Virus record (IMG/VR): IMGVR_UViG_3300032327_001770
Location: 1 to 25,257 of that record
Direction: 5' to 3' (one strand)
Source: a virus
Taxonomy: Duplodnaviria; Caudoviricetes
Length of the DNA: 25,257 nucleotides
A model generated the notes under the pieces. It did not search any database, was not told where the DNA came from, and worked only from the letters and a program-made list of their open reading frames with translations. The translations under genes were made by a program, and so were the position numbers. Every line of letters starts with the position of its first letter. The first letter of the stretch is position 1. Shown here piece by piece: positions 8,038 through 17,341 of the stretch.

Positions 8038-9738
8038 CTAGATTTCTGAATTTGCCGTCCAGTGAAAATAAGCATCAGGATAAGTGGCTTGAGTGGCATT
8101 ACTTCCCGCAGTCCACTTACTGGTTCCAACTTCTTCGTAGAGAACATTTGTGGTATTTGACGCTCCCCATCCAAAAGCTATCTGACCAGCAGCTCCGCTT
8201 ACAGGGTTGTAATAAGTGATTGTTGGCAATGCTCTTTTTGGAACTTTGAAAAAAATATTTTGTCTGAAGGCAACATTCGTAACTGGAAAAGCTCTGGCAT
8301 TTCCGCTGTTATTGGCAACTGCTCCAGGAGGATCAGCAATGTCATAACTTTTTTCGTAATAACGCTGACAAAGTAAAAGCTCTTGTGGAAATGCTCTTTG
8401 TTCAAATGGCGTGGCAATTGATCCAGCTTCAACCTGAACACCGCAAAGTCTGAAGTTATTTGCCGCGTTGTCGCAAGCATTGACCTGATTTGCCGTAGCT
8501 GATTTGTCGCCAGTTTGCCAAGCTCCTGCGGTGGTTTGCCTATCTGAACCAATAGCCAGCGAAAATTCTACAACTAAACCGATGCCATTGCCATAATCCC
8601 AACTTCCAGCACTTGGTGAAGCAGCAACATTTACAGTTTTAAATTCCCAAGTATCAGCAGCGTTAATGACATATTCCGCGACGTAAGATCTGTCAAAACC
8701 AGCATTGCTAAATCCAACGCAATAAATGCCGATTTTGGTTGCCTTAACCCAAAAAGAAATTGTGAAGCCTTTTTGCGCTAAAGGTAAAAAATTATAGCCC
8801 TCGATTCTTTGGGCGATTAAGCAATGGTCTGAAGCGCCAATTGCTGAATCGATAGTTTGGCAATCAACCAAAAGTGAATAATTAAAGACTCGTCCAGCTT
8901 GGGCAAATGTTGGCACGTCGCTTGAGCGCGAAACGTCATGAACCATGGTGCCAGATTTGTGATATATCCAGCGATCAGCAATGTAAGTTCCGCCAACAAC
9001 GCCAATGAAAGAAGTTCCTCTTTGCCAAATGTTGAAATCGCCATTGATGATGGCATTTCTGTTGGAAAACAAATCAGCCGCTGCCATAGCGCCAGCGCCA
9101 GTAAAAAATGGAATTTTACTTGCTGCTCCGGTTAATCCAGCAAGTGCTGCAAGATTGGCAGCGAATGCCTGAATATTAGTGCCGATTACCAATCCAAGAT
9201 TATTTCGTGCCTGAGCTGCATCAGCTACATCAGAAAGATTTGATGCCTTGGCTAATTTTTGTGCGATGGCAGCAAAAACATTGGTCGAAAAATTTGGATC
9301 ATAATTCAGATTTTCAGACTGAACAAGATTGAATTGCGGAGAGCTGGCAAATGCCAGAATCATTCTAATGTATAATTTTTTCCCTGAGCCGCTTGGTAAA
9401 TTTGGTTTGAAAGTTTCAGGAAATTTTCCGATGGCAAATAAAGCTCCGCTTGCATCAAAAATCCCTACTTCACGCACATAAAACGGACCAACTGTTTCAT
9501 TAATAACCGCTTCAACGATTAATTGATTTGGATTACTTCCATCAATTTGGGCGTAAGTTAAAGTTGTTCTGTGGCGTTCATTTTGCAGAGCTGTTGCGGT
9601 TGCGGTCGGATTATATGAAGTGCCGTTTGAATCTCCGACTGCAAGGTGAGTGAGATTTATTGGCGCACCACCAAGACTTGCCGCAGCGTGTTTTGCCAAA
9701 CCGCTGTTGGTTATAATGCTGTAGTATTCCTGAGTCAT
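8038..9738 (-). CDS. Tail fibre 3 (P2 gpH-type N-terminal anchor plus carbohydrate-binding-like C-terminus)
   Basis: YYSIITNSG...LTHLAVGD...GPFYVREVGIFD..G.LFAIG anchor; NRNAIINGDFNIWQRG...ADRW...QVEAGSIATPFE...LCQRYYEK domain. Confidence 0.88.
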   Translation of the reverse strand: MTQEYYSIITNSGLAKHAAASLGGAPINLTHLAVGDSNGTSYNPTATATALQNERHRTTLTYAQIDGSNPNQLIVEAVINETVGPFYVREVGIFDASGALFAIGKFPETFKPNLPSGSGKKLYIRMILAFASSPQFNLVQSENLNYDPNFSTNVFAAIAQKLAKASNLSDVADAAQARNNLGLVIGTNIQAFAANLAALAGLTGAASKIPFFTGAGAMAAADLFSNRNAIINGDFNIWQRGTSFIGVVGGTYIADRWIYHKSGTMVHDVSRSSDVPTFAQAGRVFNYSLLVDCQTIDSAIGASDHCLIAQRIEGYNFLPLAQKGFTISFWVKATKIGIYCVGFSNAGFDRSYVAEYVINAADTWEFKTVNVAASPSAGSWDYGNGIGLVVEFSLAIGSDRQTTAGAWQTGDKSATANQVNACDNAANNFRLCGVQVEAGSIATPFEQRAFPQELLLCQRYYEKSYDIADPPGAVANNSGNARAFPVTNVAFRQNIFFKVPKRALPTITYYNPVSGAAGQIAFGWGASNTTNVLYEEVGTSKWTAGSNATQATYPDAYFHWTANSEI

Positions 9739-9752
9739 TTATTGTTGGTTTT

Positions 9753-10316
9753 CTACCAAGAGATCGCTTCTACTTCTTCGATTGTTTTCGCTAAATTTAT
9801 CTTTTCTTCGGTTGCCTTGGTCTTGCTGTAGTTATCATCATTTCTTTTGGTCATGAGTTGATGCAAAGATTTAGCAATTTCTGGAGTCAGTTCCACTGTG
9901 ATCTGATTGCCGTTTGTATTCTTTGTAAAATATGGCATCGCGCCAATATTTAAGACTCTTGAAATAATTGAATCCGGATCAGAGGAAGGGTTTGTTTGAT
10001 GTCTGTTAGTGTAAAAAAGAAAGTCAGAAGTTTTTTTGGTTTTTTTGCCTAAATCATTAATCAGAAAAGCTTTGTTACCGATAATTGGTTCAATATTTTT
10101 TTGATCACGAATTGCCTTGATTTCTGAGGTCTTTTTCTTCTTTGCTTCATTAAGCAATTCTTCATCTGATTTGAGGCTTTGTCTGAACTTTTTTGAGACA
10201 TAAAACCAGCCAACTTGCACAGACTCATTACATTTAACCCATTTCAGAGGTTTTGCGACAGGAAATTTTTTGTCTGCAATTTCAACTACGTTGTTTTCAG
10301 AAATTAATGCGAACAT
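9753..10316 (-). CDS. Tail fibre assembly/chaperone protein (DUF4376-like C-terminus)
   Basis: Follows fibre 2; ends EEKINLAKTIEEVEAISW; C-terminal two-thirds paralogous to 11618..12169. Confidence 0.7.
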   Translation of the reverse strand: MFALISENNVVEIADKKFPVAKPLKWVKCNESVQVGWFYVSKKFRQSLKSDEELLNEAKKKKTSEIKAIRDQKNIEPIIGNKAFLINDLGKKTKKTSDFLFYTNRHQTNPSSDPDSIISRVLNIGAMPYFTKNTNGNQITVELTPEIAKSLHQLMTKRNDDNYSKTKATEEKINLAKTIEEVEAISW

Positions 10317-10320
10317 TTTT

Positions 10321-11610
10321 TTATATTAGTTCATAAACAATAACGATACCGCTTCCGCCATTACCAGGGGCAACTGCAGCTGATGTCCAAGATCCACCAC
10401 CACCTCCAGAACCAGTATTTGCTTTTGCAGAAACATCAGTTGATGAAAGTCCACCCCCGGCATTACCAATGCCATTACCTCCAAATCTGGAAGCCCCACC
10501 AATTCCACCACTATCACCAGTTGCACCCATTGGCATTGAATTTGCTCCAGCTGTTCCTTTGAGGTTTAAAATATTTCCACCCGACCCTTGACCACCAGCT
10601 GCACCATACCAAATGTTTCCATAATTGCCGCCAGTTGCAGTCAATAAAGAACCAAAAGAACTGGTTCCACCAGCTCCACCTCCACCTGGTCCACCGATAG
10701 TTACTATTTCGGAAGATGATGGATTGCTTATCAAAGAAAGAGCATAGCCACCAGCACCTCCGCCACCACCAGCATAAGAACTCGCAAGTCCATTACGACC
10801 GCCACCGCCACCACCTTGAACTTCAACAATTATAGCATTGATGCCAGTTGGCTTTGTCCATGTGCCAGATGACGTAAAAACTTGAACGCTTTTGAGCTGG
10901 TATCCTTTTTCAATTAAGGACATCAATCCAACTCCACTGAAATATGGTATCTTGTTTGCAGATCCAACCAATCCTGCTAAAGCAGCAAGATTTGCAGCAT
11001 ATGCTTGAACATTAGTGCCAATCGCTAATCCAAGATTTGTTCTTGCTTGAACAGCATCAGAAACATCAGAAAGGTTTTGTGATTTTACTAGCTTTTGAGT
11101 TAGCGCGGTGTCGATGGTTGCAATAGCCTCATTGAGGTTAGCAAGAGCGTTATTTACATCAGTTGAAAAATTCGGATCGTTATTGATGTCGTCAGAAATT
11201 ATCAGCTCAACATTTGGTGAGCTGGCAAAGCCAAGAATCATTCTGATATAAAGGCGTTTGCCTGAACCTGCTGGCAAGTCCGGTTTGAAAGTTTCTGGAT
11301 ATTTCCCGATGGCAAATAAAGTTCCTGCGGAATCAAAAATCCCAACTTCGCGAATATAAAACGGTCCAACTGTTTCATTGATTACCGCTTCAACAATCAG
11401 CTGATTTGGATTATTTTCATCAATTACAACGTGAGTGAGTGTTGTGCGATATCTTTCATTTTGTAGAGCTGTCGCAGCACCTGTTGGATTGTATGAAGCA
11501 TCGCCAACTGCAAGATGCGTAAGATTTACAAGCGACCCACCAGGAGCATTTGCCGCAGCGTTTTTTAGTAAGCCTGCGTTTGTTATGATGCTGTAATATT
11601 GCTGGGTCAT
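10321..11610 (-). CDS. Tail fibre 2 (same N-terminal anchor plus glycine-rich tip)
   Basis: Anchor paralogous to fibres 1 and 3; C-terminus VQVFTSSGTWTKP.G...VEVQGGGGGG...GNGGSGIVIVYE is the glycine-rich fibre domain. Confidence 0.88.
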   Translation of the reverse strand: MTQQYYSIITNAGLLKNAAANAPGGSLVNLTHLAVGDASYNPTGAATALQNERYRTTLTHVVIDENNPNQLIVEAVINETVGPFYIREVGIFDSAGTLFAIGKYPETFKPDLPAGSGKRLYIRMILGFASSPNVELIISDDINNDPNFSTDVNNALANLNEAIATIDTALTQKLVKSQNLSDVSDAVQARTNLGLAIGTNVQAYAANLAALAGLVGSANKIPYFSGVGLMSLIEKGYQLKSVQVFTSSGTWTKPTGINAIIVEVQGGGGGGRNGLASSYAGGGGGAGGYALSLISNPSSSEIVTIGGPGGGGAGGTSSFGSLLTATGGNYGNIWYGAAGGQGSGGNILNLKGTAGANSMPMGATGDSGGIGGASRFGGNGIGNAGGGLSSTDVSAKANTGSGGGGGSWTSAAVAPGNGGSGIVIVYELI

Positions 11611-11617
11611 TAATCAC

Positions 11618-12169
11618 TTATTCTTCCAATTGGATTTCTTCTAACTCTTCGATGCTTTGCGCGTTATTTATCGTTTCTTCTATTGAGCCGCTGACTTTGT
11701 AGTTGTTGTCGTTACGCTCAAAAATTCTTTGTTTTAACAATGCTGCAATTTCAGCCGTGAGTTCGATTGTTATTTTTTTACCTTCTAAATCTTTGGTAAA
11801 ATAAGGCATTGATCCAAGCTCTATCGCTCTTGAAATTATCGACTCAGAATCGGATGCAGGATTTGATTGATGCCTATTGGTATAAAACACGAAATATGAT
11901 TCTTGAGCGGTTTTGTTACCTTCATCATCAATCAAAAATGCTTTGTAATCAGTAAGTGGAGCTGTGTTTTTCTGATCACGAATTAATTTTATCTGCGAGA
12001 TTTTTTGCAGCTTTAGTTGCGGCAGCTGATCTTCTTTTTCTGCAACTCCACCATCGGCAATCCATTTTTGAATCCTTTGATAGTCTGAGTTATCAGGATT
12101 TTTTGGAACTGCGATTGAGTCGTTAACCAAGTAGATTTTTTCTAGTTCTTTAACTTTTTGAATTTGCAT
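11618..12169 (-). CDS. Tail fibre assembly/chaperone protein
   Basis: VPKNPDNSDYQRIQKWIADGG N-terminus typical of fibre-associated proteins; ends INNAQSIEELEEI; shares FYTNRHQ.NP.SD..SIISR....G.MPYFTK with 9753..10316. Confidence 0.7.
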   Translation of the reverse strand: MQIQKVKELEKIYLVNDSIAVPKNPDNSDYQRIQKWIADGGVAEKEDQLPQLKLQKISQIKLIRDQKNTAPLTDYKAFLIDDEGNKTAQESYFVFYTNRHQSNPASDSESIISRAIELGSMPYFTKDLEGKKITIELTAEIAALLKQRIFERNDNNYKVSGSIEETINNAQSIEELEEIQLEE

Positions 12170-12175
12170 TTTTCT

Positions 12176-13912
12176 TTATAGTTCGGCGTTGGCTGTCCAA
12201 TGATAATAAAGCTCTGATAATGTTGTTGTTGCAGAAGGAGCATTGGTAAAAGAGCCTTCACCAATATCTCCAACTGTGCAGTTGGTGTCAGTCGTATTGC
12301 TTGCTACGCGTATTTTACCAGTTGCGCCAGTTGAAACGCTGTAAGAGGTAACTGCTGGAGTAGCCCTTTTTGCTACTTTGAAATAAGAAGTGGTTCTGTT
12401 GCCCTGAGTGTTTTGATTTGTATAACAGTGGCAACCAGCAGAAGTTATGCTTCCCGGTGCTGTTCCTAAGTCGTAGCTTTTTTCATAATATCTTTGGCAC
12501 AGCTCTGATTCTTCTTTGAAGCTTCTATTTTCAAAGTCGGTGGCAACCAGGCCAGTTTCTAATTGAATGCCACAGAGTCTGAAATTATTGGCAGCGTTAT
12601 CGCAGGCATTTACTTGGTTTGCGGTGGCAAAGTAAGCGCCAGTTTGCCAGACGTCTTTTGTGGTTTGGCTGTTTGAGCCTGCCGCTAAAACAAAACCAAC
12701 TCTTAAGCCAACGCCGTTGGTATAATTCCAAGCTCCTGCAGTTGGCGAAGCGGCAATTGTGATAGTTTTAAATTCCCAAGTGTCTGAGGCGTTGATTGCG
12801 TATTCAGCGATGTAGCTGCGATCGTTGATTGAGTTGGCTAAATAAACGCAGTAGATGCCTATTTTGGTTGCTTTAACCCAAAAGGATAAAGTCATGACTT
12901 TTTGCGCTAATGGCAAAAAGTTGTAGCCTTCGATTGGCGTTTCGTAGATACACAAATCTGTAGCACCAATTGAAGAATCAATAGTTTGGCAATCAATCAA
13001 AGCAGAATAGTTGAAGCCGCGACCAGCTTGAGCGATTGTTGGCGTGTCGCTTGAGCGACTAACATCATGGGTCATTGCGCCGCTTCGATTGTAATAAAAT
13101 CGATCTGCAGTGTAAGCAACTCCAGTCAATCCAACAAAAGAAACTCCGCGCTGCCAAATGTTGAAGTCGCCATTGATGATTGCATTTTTATTGGAGAACA
13201 GACCAACATTTGCCATTGCGCCTGCGGCGGTGAAGTAAGGAATTTTTTTTGCGGCGCCAGTAAGTCCGGCAAGTGCAGCTAAATTTGTAGCGAAAGCCTG
13301 AACATCAACTCCGATGTGTAAGCCAAGATTATTTCTTGCTTGTACTGCATCGGCAACGTCAAAGAGATTTTGTGCTTTTGCTAACTTTTGAGCTAGAGCG
13401 GTATTAAGAGCTGTAAGTCCAGAATTTATGTCATCAATTGCTGCTAAAACATTCGCATTGAAATTCGGATCGTTGTTTAAATCTTCTGATTGAATCAGGC
13501 TAACTTCTGGGGCATTTGTGAACCCCAAAATCATTCTGATATAAAGCCTTTTTCCCGATCCAGTTGCTGTTGTTGATTTGAAAGTTTCAGGATATTTGCC
13601 AATGGCAAAAAGCTCTCCATCTTCATCAAAAATTCCAACTTCGCGAATGTAAAAAGAACCAACTTCTTCACTGACAACTGCTTCAACAATCAGCTGATTT
13701 GGATTGGTTTCATCAATTGCTACGTGAGTTAAGGTAGTGCGATAAACTTCATTGACTAAGGCAGTTTGCGCGCCGTTTGGATTGTAACTCGTGCCATTTG
13801 AATCACCAACAGCTAGGTGAGTTAAATTTACTTGTGTGGCTCCTGAAATTCTTGCTGCCGCTTCCTTCAACAGACCATTATTGGTAATAATGCTGTAGTA
13901 GCTTTGTGTCAT
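12176..13912 (-). CDS. Tail fibre 1 (gpH-type anchor plus carbohydrate-binding-like C-terminus)
   Basis: Directly after tail protein I with ATGA overlap; full-length paralog of fibre 3 (NKNAIINGDFNIWQRG...LCQRYYEKSYD...YHWTANAEL). Confidence 0.9.
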   Translation of the reverse strand: MTQSYYSIITNNGLLKEAAARISGATQVNLTHLAVGDSNGTSYNPNGAQTALVNEVYRTTLTHVAIDETNPNQLIVEAVVSEEVGSFYIREVGIFDEDGELFAIGKYPETFKSTTATGSGKRLYIRMILGFTNAPEVSLIQSEDLNNDPNFNANVLAAIDDINSGLTALNTALAQKLAKAQNLFDVADAVQARNNLGLHIGVDVQAFATNLAALAGLTGAAKKIPYFTAAGAMANVGLFSNKNAIINGDFNIWQRGVSFVGLTGVAYTADRFYYNRSGAMTHDVSRSSDTPTIAQAGRGFNYSALIDCQTIDSSIGATDLCIYETPIEGYNFLPLAQKVMTLSFWVKATKIGIYCVYLANSINDRSYIAEYAINASDTWEFKTITIAASPTAGAWNYTNGVGLRVGFVLAAGSNSQTTKDVWQTGAYFATANQVNACDNAANNFRLCGIQLETGLVATDFENRSFKEESELCQRYYEKSYDLGTAPGSITSAGCHCYTNQNTQGNRTTSYFKVAKRATPAVTSYSVSTGATGKIRVASNTTDTNCTVGDIGEGSFTNAPSATTTLSELYYHWTANAEL

Positions 13913-14556
13913 GTCAGCGGATAAATCGTAGTAATTTCTTTAGTGATAAAAAATGCACCCAAAGTTGGTGCGTCTGATTGATTTTCTAATTCGTCATCGT
14001 GATCAAAAATCACGGGATTGAGCGAAGTAACTTCTTTTGAAATAATGATGCTGCCGATGCTCACCAAGCCCATTTCGGCTGAGAGATAAGCTCTCAGGCT
14101 TTCAAGATGCGATCTGGCATTTTTGGTGCTTTCAATAACTTTTTGAACTTGCGGTAAAACATTCACATCAAAGCCAGGTTCTCTGACATCGAAAAACACC
14201 CTGAAAAAATAAGGATTAGCGCCGTATTCAAACCATTCTTCAACCTTAACATTTTCGTAGTTGAAGGCTTGTAGTGCCTTCTTTAAAGCGCCGATCGTTC
14301 CTTTTTTTCTGTGAACTTCGACACTTGCCTTGATAACATTGCGGCGAATTTGTTCTGACCAGCTATCACTCCAATCATCAACTGATAATGCCCAAGCAAG
14401 CCAAGGCAGAATATGAGCAGGTGCAAGGTCAGGATTTACCACATAACGATTTAGCGTTGGCAGATCAAAAGAATCGCCAAATACACTTTCCAAATCTCTC
14501 AGTAATTGGCTCGCGTTTGGCGGCAATAAAGATTGATTATTTTCGTCACTCATCAA
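13909..14556 (-). CDS. Phage tail protein I (P2 gpI-like baseplate wedge)
   Basis: SLLPPNAS, LPWLAWALSVDDW, HRKKGTIGALKKAL, EEWFEYG..PY.F, KNARSHL. Confidence 0.95.
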   Translation of the reverse strand: MMSDENNQSLLPPNASQLLRDLESVFGDSFDLPTLNRYVVNPDLAPAHILPWLAWALSVDDWSDSWSEQIRRNVIKASVEVHRKKGTIGALKKALQAFNYENVKVEEWFEYGANPYFFRVFFDVREPGFDVNVLPQVQKVIESTKNARSHLESLRAYLSAEMGLVSIGSIIISKEVTSLNPVIFDHDDELENQSDAPTLGAFFITKEITTIYPLT

Positions 14557-15394
14557 CTACGATCGAGATTGTTTTACTGTTACAATAAGCTGCTTGCTCA
14601 TCAGTTGTTACAACATCAGATGTCGGATGAATAAGTTGGACTTTTTTCACTCCGTCAACATGCAGTGCGTCATAAATTCCTGACACTGCCACCAGTTTTT
14701 CAATTGCATGTCTTTCATCTAAAAATTTATCCAGAGCTGCTCGCGCTTCGGTTTCAACAACTGCTGAAGATGGTCCGGAATAAACTGTGATTACTGCTTC
14801 AACAGAATAATTGATGATCTCAGCGCTTTGCACTGAGACCTGATCTGTGAGTGGTCTGACATCTTCTTCACTTAATTTTTCTAAAACGGCATCAATCAAC
14901 TCTTCCGAGGCAACTCCATTTCCGGTTTTAGAAAGAATTGTCACCAAAACTTCACCAGGATTCGGACTTTTAACCGAAACTGATTTGATGTCGCTTGATG
15001 CAGAAAGTGCATGAAATGTGTAAGCACCAACTGATCCGGCATTGGTAAATGCTTCTGGCGCAAGCTGGATTCTTTGTCTTAACTGATCATCGCTTTCACC
15101 TTCAAGTTTTTGCACACCAAGAGGAGCACCTAAATTTTCTAGGTCGCTTCCAGTTGCATAAGCGAGCATTGTTGCTTTTGCTGCTTCATTGATGCGATTG
15201 CGTAGAAGCAATTCGCGATAAGCGCAAACCTCCAACATGATCATTGCTGGATCACTCTCAAGCAATGTTGAGTAAGTTGGATTTTTTTCTAAAAAATCAC
15301 TTAAAATATCCTGAAAAATTTCTTCATAACTTAAGCTCTCAATTACCTTTGGTGCAGGTAATTTTGATAAATCAATTGCGGTAAAATTTCCCAT
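14546..15394 (-). CDS. Baseplate assembly protein J (P2 gpJ-like)
   Basis: IDLSKLPAPKVIE.LSYE, LESDP, AYRELLLRNRINEAA, AGSVGAY.FHALSA, VRPLTD.V.V. Confidence 0.95.
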   Translation of the reverse strand: MGNFTAIDLSKLPAPKVIESLSYEEIFQDILSDFLEKNPTYSTLLESDPAMIMLEVCAYRELLLRNRINEAAKATMLAYATGSDLENLGAPLGVQKLEGESDDQLRQRIQLAPEAFTNAGSVGAYTFHALSASSDIKSVSVKSPNPGEVLVTILSKTGNGVASEELIDAVLEKLSEEDVRPLTDQVSVQSAEIINYSVEAVITVYSGPSSAVVETEARAALDKFLDERHAIEKLVAVSGIYDALHVDGVKKVQLIHPTSDVVTTDEQAAYCNSKTISIVVDE

Positions 15395-15729
15395 CAGCTG
15401 CTGGTAATCGAAATATTTTCTAAAACTATTTTTTGTCCGTCTTTTACAAAACTGCCTTCAAGATCGATGACGATTTTTCCTTTATCGATGCTTTGCAGAG
15501 TTACTTGCTCAACTTCAAATCGTGGCTCCCAGATTGAAATTGCTTCAACAATGTCTGAGTAAATTTCTGCAATCAGTTCACCATTAATTGGTTGATCAAT
15601 TCTTTCAAAAAGCCGAGAGCCATAGTCTCGGCGCATTACTCTTGAACCAATCGGTGTGCTCAAAATATTTGCGATCGACTGTTTGATGTGAGCAATTTCT
15701 GAAATTTTTTTGCCGGTATTTACATTCAT
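15394..15729 (-). CDS. Baseplate wedge protein W / gp25-like
   Basis: MNVNTGK...HIKQSIANILSTPIGSRVMRRDYGS...WEPR; ATG at 15729 overlaps the gpV stop (ATGA). Confidence 0.93.
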   Translation of the reverse strand: MNVNTGKKISEIAHIKQSIANILSTPIGSRVMRRDYGSRLFERIDQPINGELIAEIYSDIVEAISIWEPRFEVEQVTLQSIDKGKIVIDLEGSFVKDGQKIVLENISITSS

Positions 15730-16298
15730 GTTGCTTTGACTTTGCTTGATCCCCCAATGATCGGCCATTCACCAGCAGAAGAACCTGAATCAATTTTTAC
15801 TTTATCGCCAACTCGAGCGACTGCATTTCCGCCACTACCACCAAGATCAACATTTCCTTTTAAGGTGATGTTTGCGGCTTCAATTTGTGCGTTTCCTGCA
15901 ACTTTGATGTTGGCGCTTCCTTTGATATCGAGAGTCAAATTTCCACCGGCACGATCAAAGGAAATTTTCGAACCATCCCCAAAAGTAATGCTTTGAATAT
16001 TGCCGGAATTTTCGGGAGCTGATCCGCGATAAAGTGATGGAAAAATCACTCCCTGATTTAACTCTCCACAAGGAGATAAAATCATCACTTGCTCGTCAAT
16101 TTCGGGGGGATTCCAGTCTTTGTTGTTGCCGCTATTTGAAGTAATCCAAGGCAACCAATCGGTTTCTAAATCACCGATTTTTACTCGCGCTTTTGCTGTT
16201 TCATAATTGATCGCAAATATCTGTCCCAAGCGAATGATATTTGCGAGTCTTCGTGCAAGATCGTTTAAATTAAATCCGTCTTTTTCATCGAAGTTCAT
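15726..16298 (-). CDS. Baseplate spike protein V (P2 gpV-like)
   Basis: RRLANIIRLG, ARVKIGDLETDWLPW, WNPPEIDEQV.ILSP.G OB-fold motifs, then beta-strand repeats. Confidence 0.93.
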   Translation of the reverse strand: MNFDEKDGFNLNDLARRLANIIRLGQIFAINYETAKARVKIGDLETDWLPWITSNSGNNKDWNPPEIDEQVMILSPCGELNQGVIFPSLYRGSAPENSGNIQSITFGDGSKISFDRAGGNLTLDIKGSANIKVAGNAQIEAANITLKGNVDLGGSGGNAVARVGDKVKIDSGSSAGEWPIIGGSSKVKAT

Positions 16299-16519
16299 TG
16301 ATCATTTTTCTTGGATTTTTTGTTTCCTTTATCGCTGTTTTTTTCTTCAGAATTTTCTTCAGTTTTTTCCGCTACGACATCATCTTTTTTGCGGTGAATT
16401 TTTAACGCTTTTCCGTTGGTTAAAAAGTTGATTGCCCGCTTTTCTTCAAGCTCAACAATTTGTCCTTTTTTGTAATCTTGATGGTCGGTGATGAATTGAA
16501 TTTTTACTAATTTACTCAT
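16295..16519 (-). CDS. Small hypothetical virion-associated protein
   Basis: Translationally coupled on both sides; KIQFI.D...YKKGQIVELEE..A..F...GKA N-terminal module plus charged tail. Confidence 0.65.
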   Translation of the reverse strand: MSKLVKIQFITDHQDYKKGQIVELEEKRAINFLTNGKALKIHRKKDDVVAEKTEENSEEKNSDKGNKKSKKNDQ

Positions 16520-17016
16520 AGGAAATTTGCCTCAATTTCAGTTGGTATTGTGCCTGAATTGTCAGGCTCTTTGCTTGTTGTATAATAGGTAATCGTGTAG
16601 GTAAGCCTTACAGCCCCATAGATTTTACTGCCATCAATTGCGATGTCGATTTCGGTATATTTCAATTTCAAAACATCTGCTTTTCTTGTTGGCATTTCCC
16701 ATCCATCAAAAGCATTTTCAATTTGCTCGGCGATTTTATCGAGCGCGGTATCAACTTCTTCACCGCCCAAAACAACAGCTTCAAAAGCAATATCTAACTC
16801 TCTTTTTGTTGCACCAAAACCGTCACTTGCAAATCTTTCTTCAATGACATTTTCGTTTCGTGCATAAACTAAAATCGCCGGCAGAAACTGGTCGAATAAA
16901 GGTTTTGATCTGCTGCCGTAAATTTTATCCTCTGCATCGGTTGGAAAAACATCATCAACTTTTATCTTCAATCTATCGACCAAAGCATCTCTAATCGCTG
17001 TTCGCGGGTGACTCAT
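16516..17016 (-). CDS. Putative tail terminator / neck protein
   Basis: MSHPRTAIRDALVDRLK...LPAILVY...LDKIAEQIE...VRLTYTITY; position between head-tail joining protein and baseplate. Confidence 0.65.
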   Translation of the reverse strand: MSHPRTAIRDALVDRLKIKVDDVFPTDAEDKIYGSRSKPLFDQFLPAILVYARNENVIEERFASDGFGATKRELDIAFEAVVLGGEEVDTALDKIAEQIENAFDGWEMPTRKADVLKLKYTEIDIAIDGSKIYGAVRLTYTITYYTTSKEPDNSGTIPTEIEANFL

Positions 17017-17332
17017 GTAAAATTAACTTTTTGCTTCCTGGTATGTGCTGCTGAATGTCGATGATTTGATATCGGATGTTTTCAACTTCGACAAAATCAC
17101 CTTGATTTGCTTTGGAATAATCTGGTGGCATCGAAACATCGCGGACGAATAAAACGATTTCGTTAGAGCTGATTTCCACCTCAGAAGAATCAGCTTTTAC
17201 GCCTTTGTAATCCTTGTGAAAATCACCTTTGATTACAAAGGAATCGAAATTGTTATTCGCCGGAATGTAAGTTGCTTCTCGCCCAAAAATTTCAACGCAT
17301 GGCTTATTGATGAAGTTGTCGAAATCTAACAT
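16991..17332 (-). CDS. Head-tail joining (head closure) protein, lambda FII/Gifsy-2-like
   Basis: FGREATY.P, GDF, QGDFVEV...YQIIDIQ...KLILHE beta-rich pattern; neck position. Confidence 0.65.
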   Translation of the reverse strand: MLDFDNFINKPCVEIFGREATYIPANNNFDSFVIKGDFHKDYKGVKADSSEVEISSNEIVLFVRDVSMPPDYSKANQGDFVEVENIRYQIIDIQQHIPGSKKLILHESPANSD

Positions 17333-17341
17333 AAGTCTTCT

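Noticed and set aside
10321-10830. CCA/CCG-rich repetitive DNA as a tandem repeat or CRISPR array
   Set aside because: It is glycine-codon low complexity of the fibre 2 tip, with no repeat-spacer periodicity.
8038-13912. Diversity-generating retroelement (TR/VR) or shufflon acting on the fibres
   Set aside because: No reverse transcriptase or invertase, no near-identical non-coding template and no inverted cassettes. Differences between fibres 1 and 3 are general divergence with indels, not adenine-specific.
1578-16298. Tailocin or extracellular contractile injection system
   Set aside because: Intact terminase, portal, protease and capsid genes are in the same operon.
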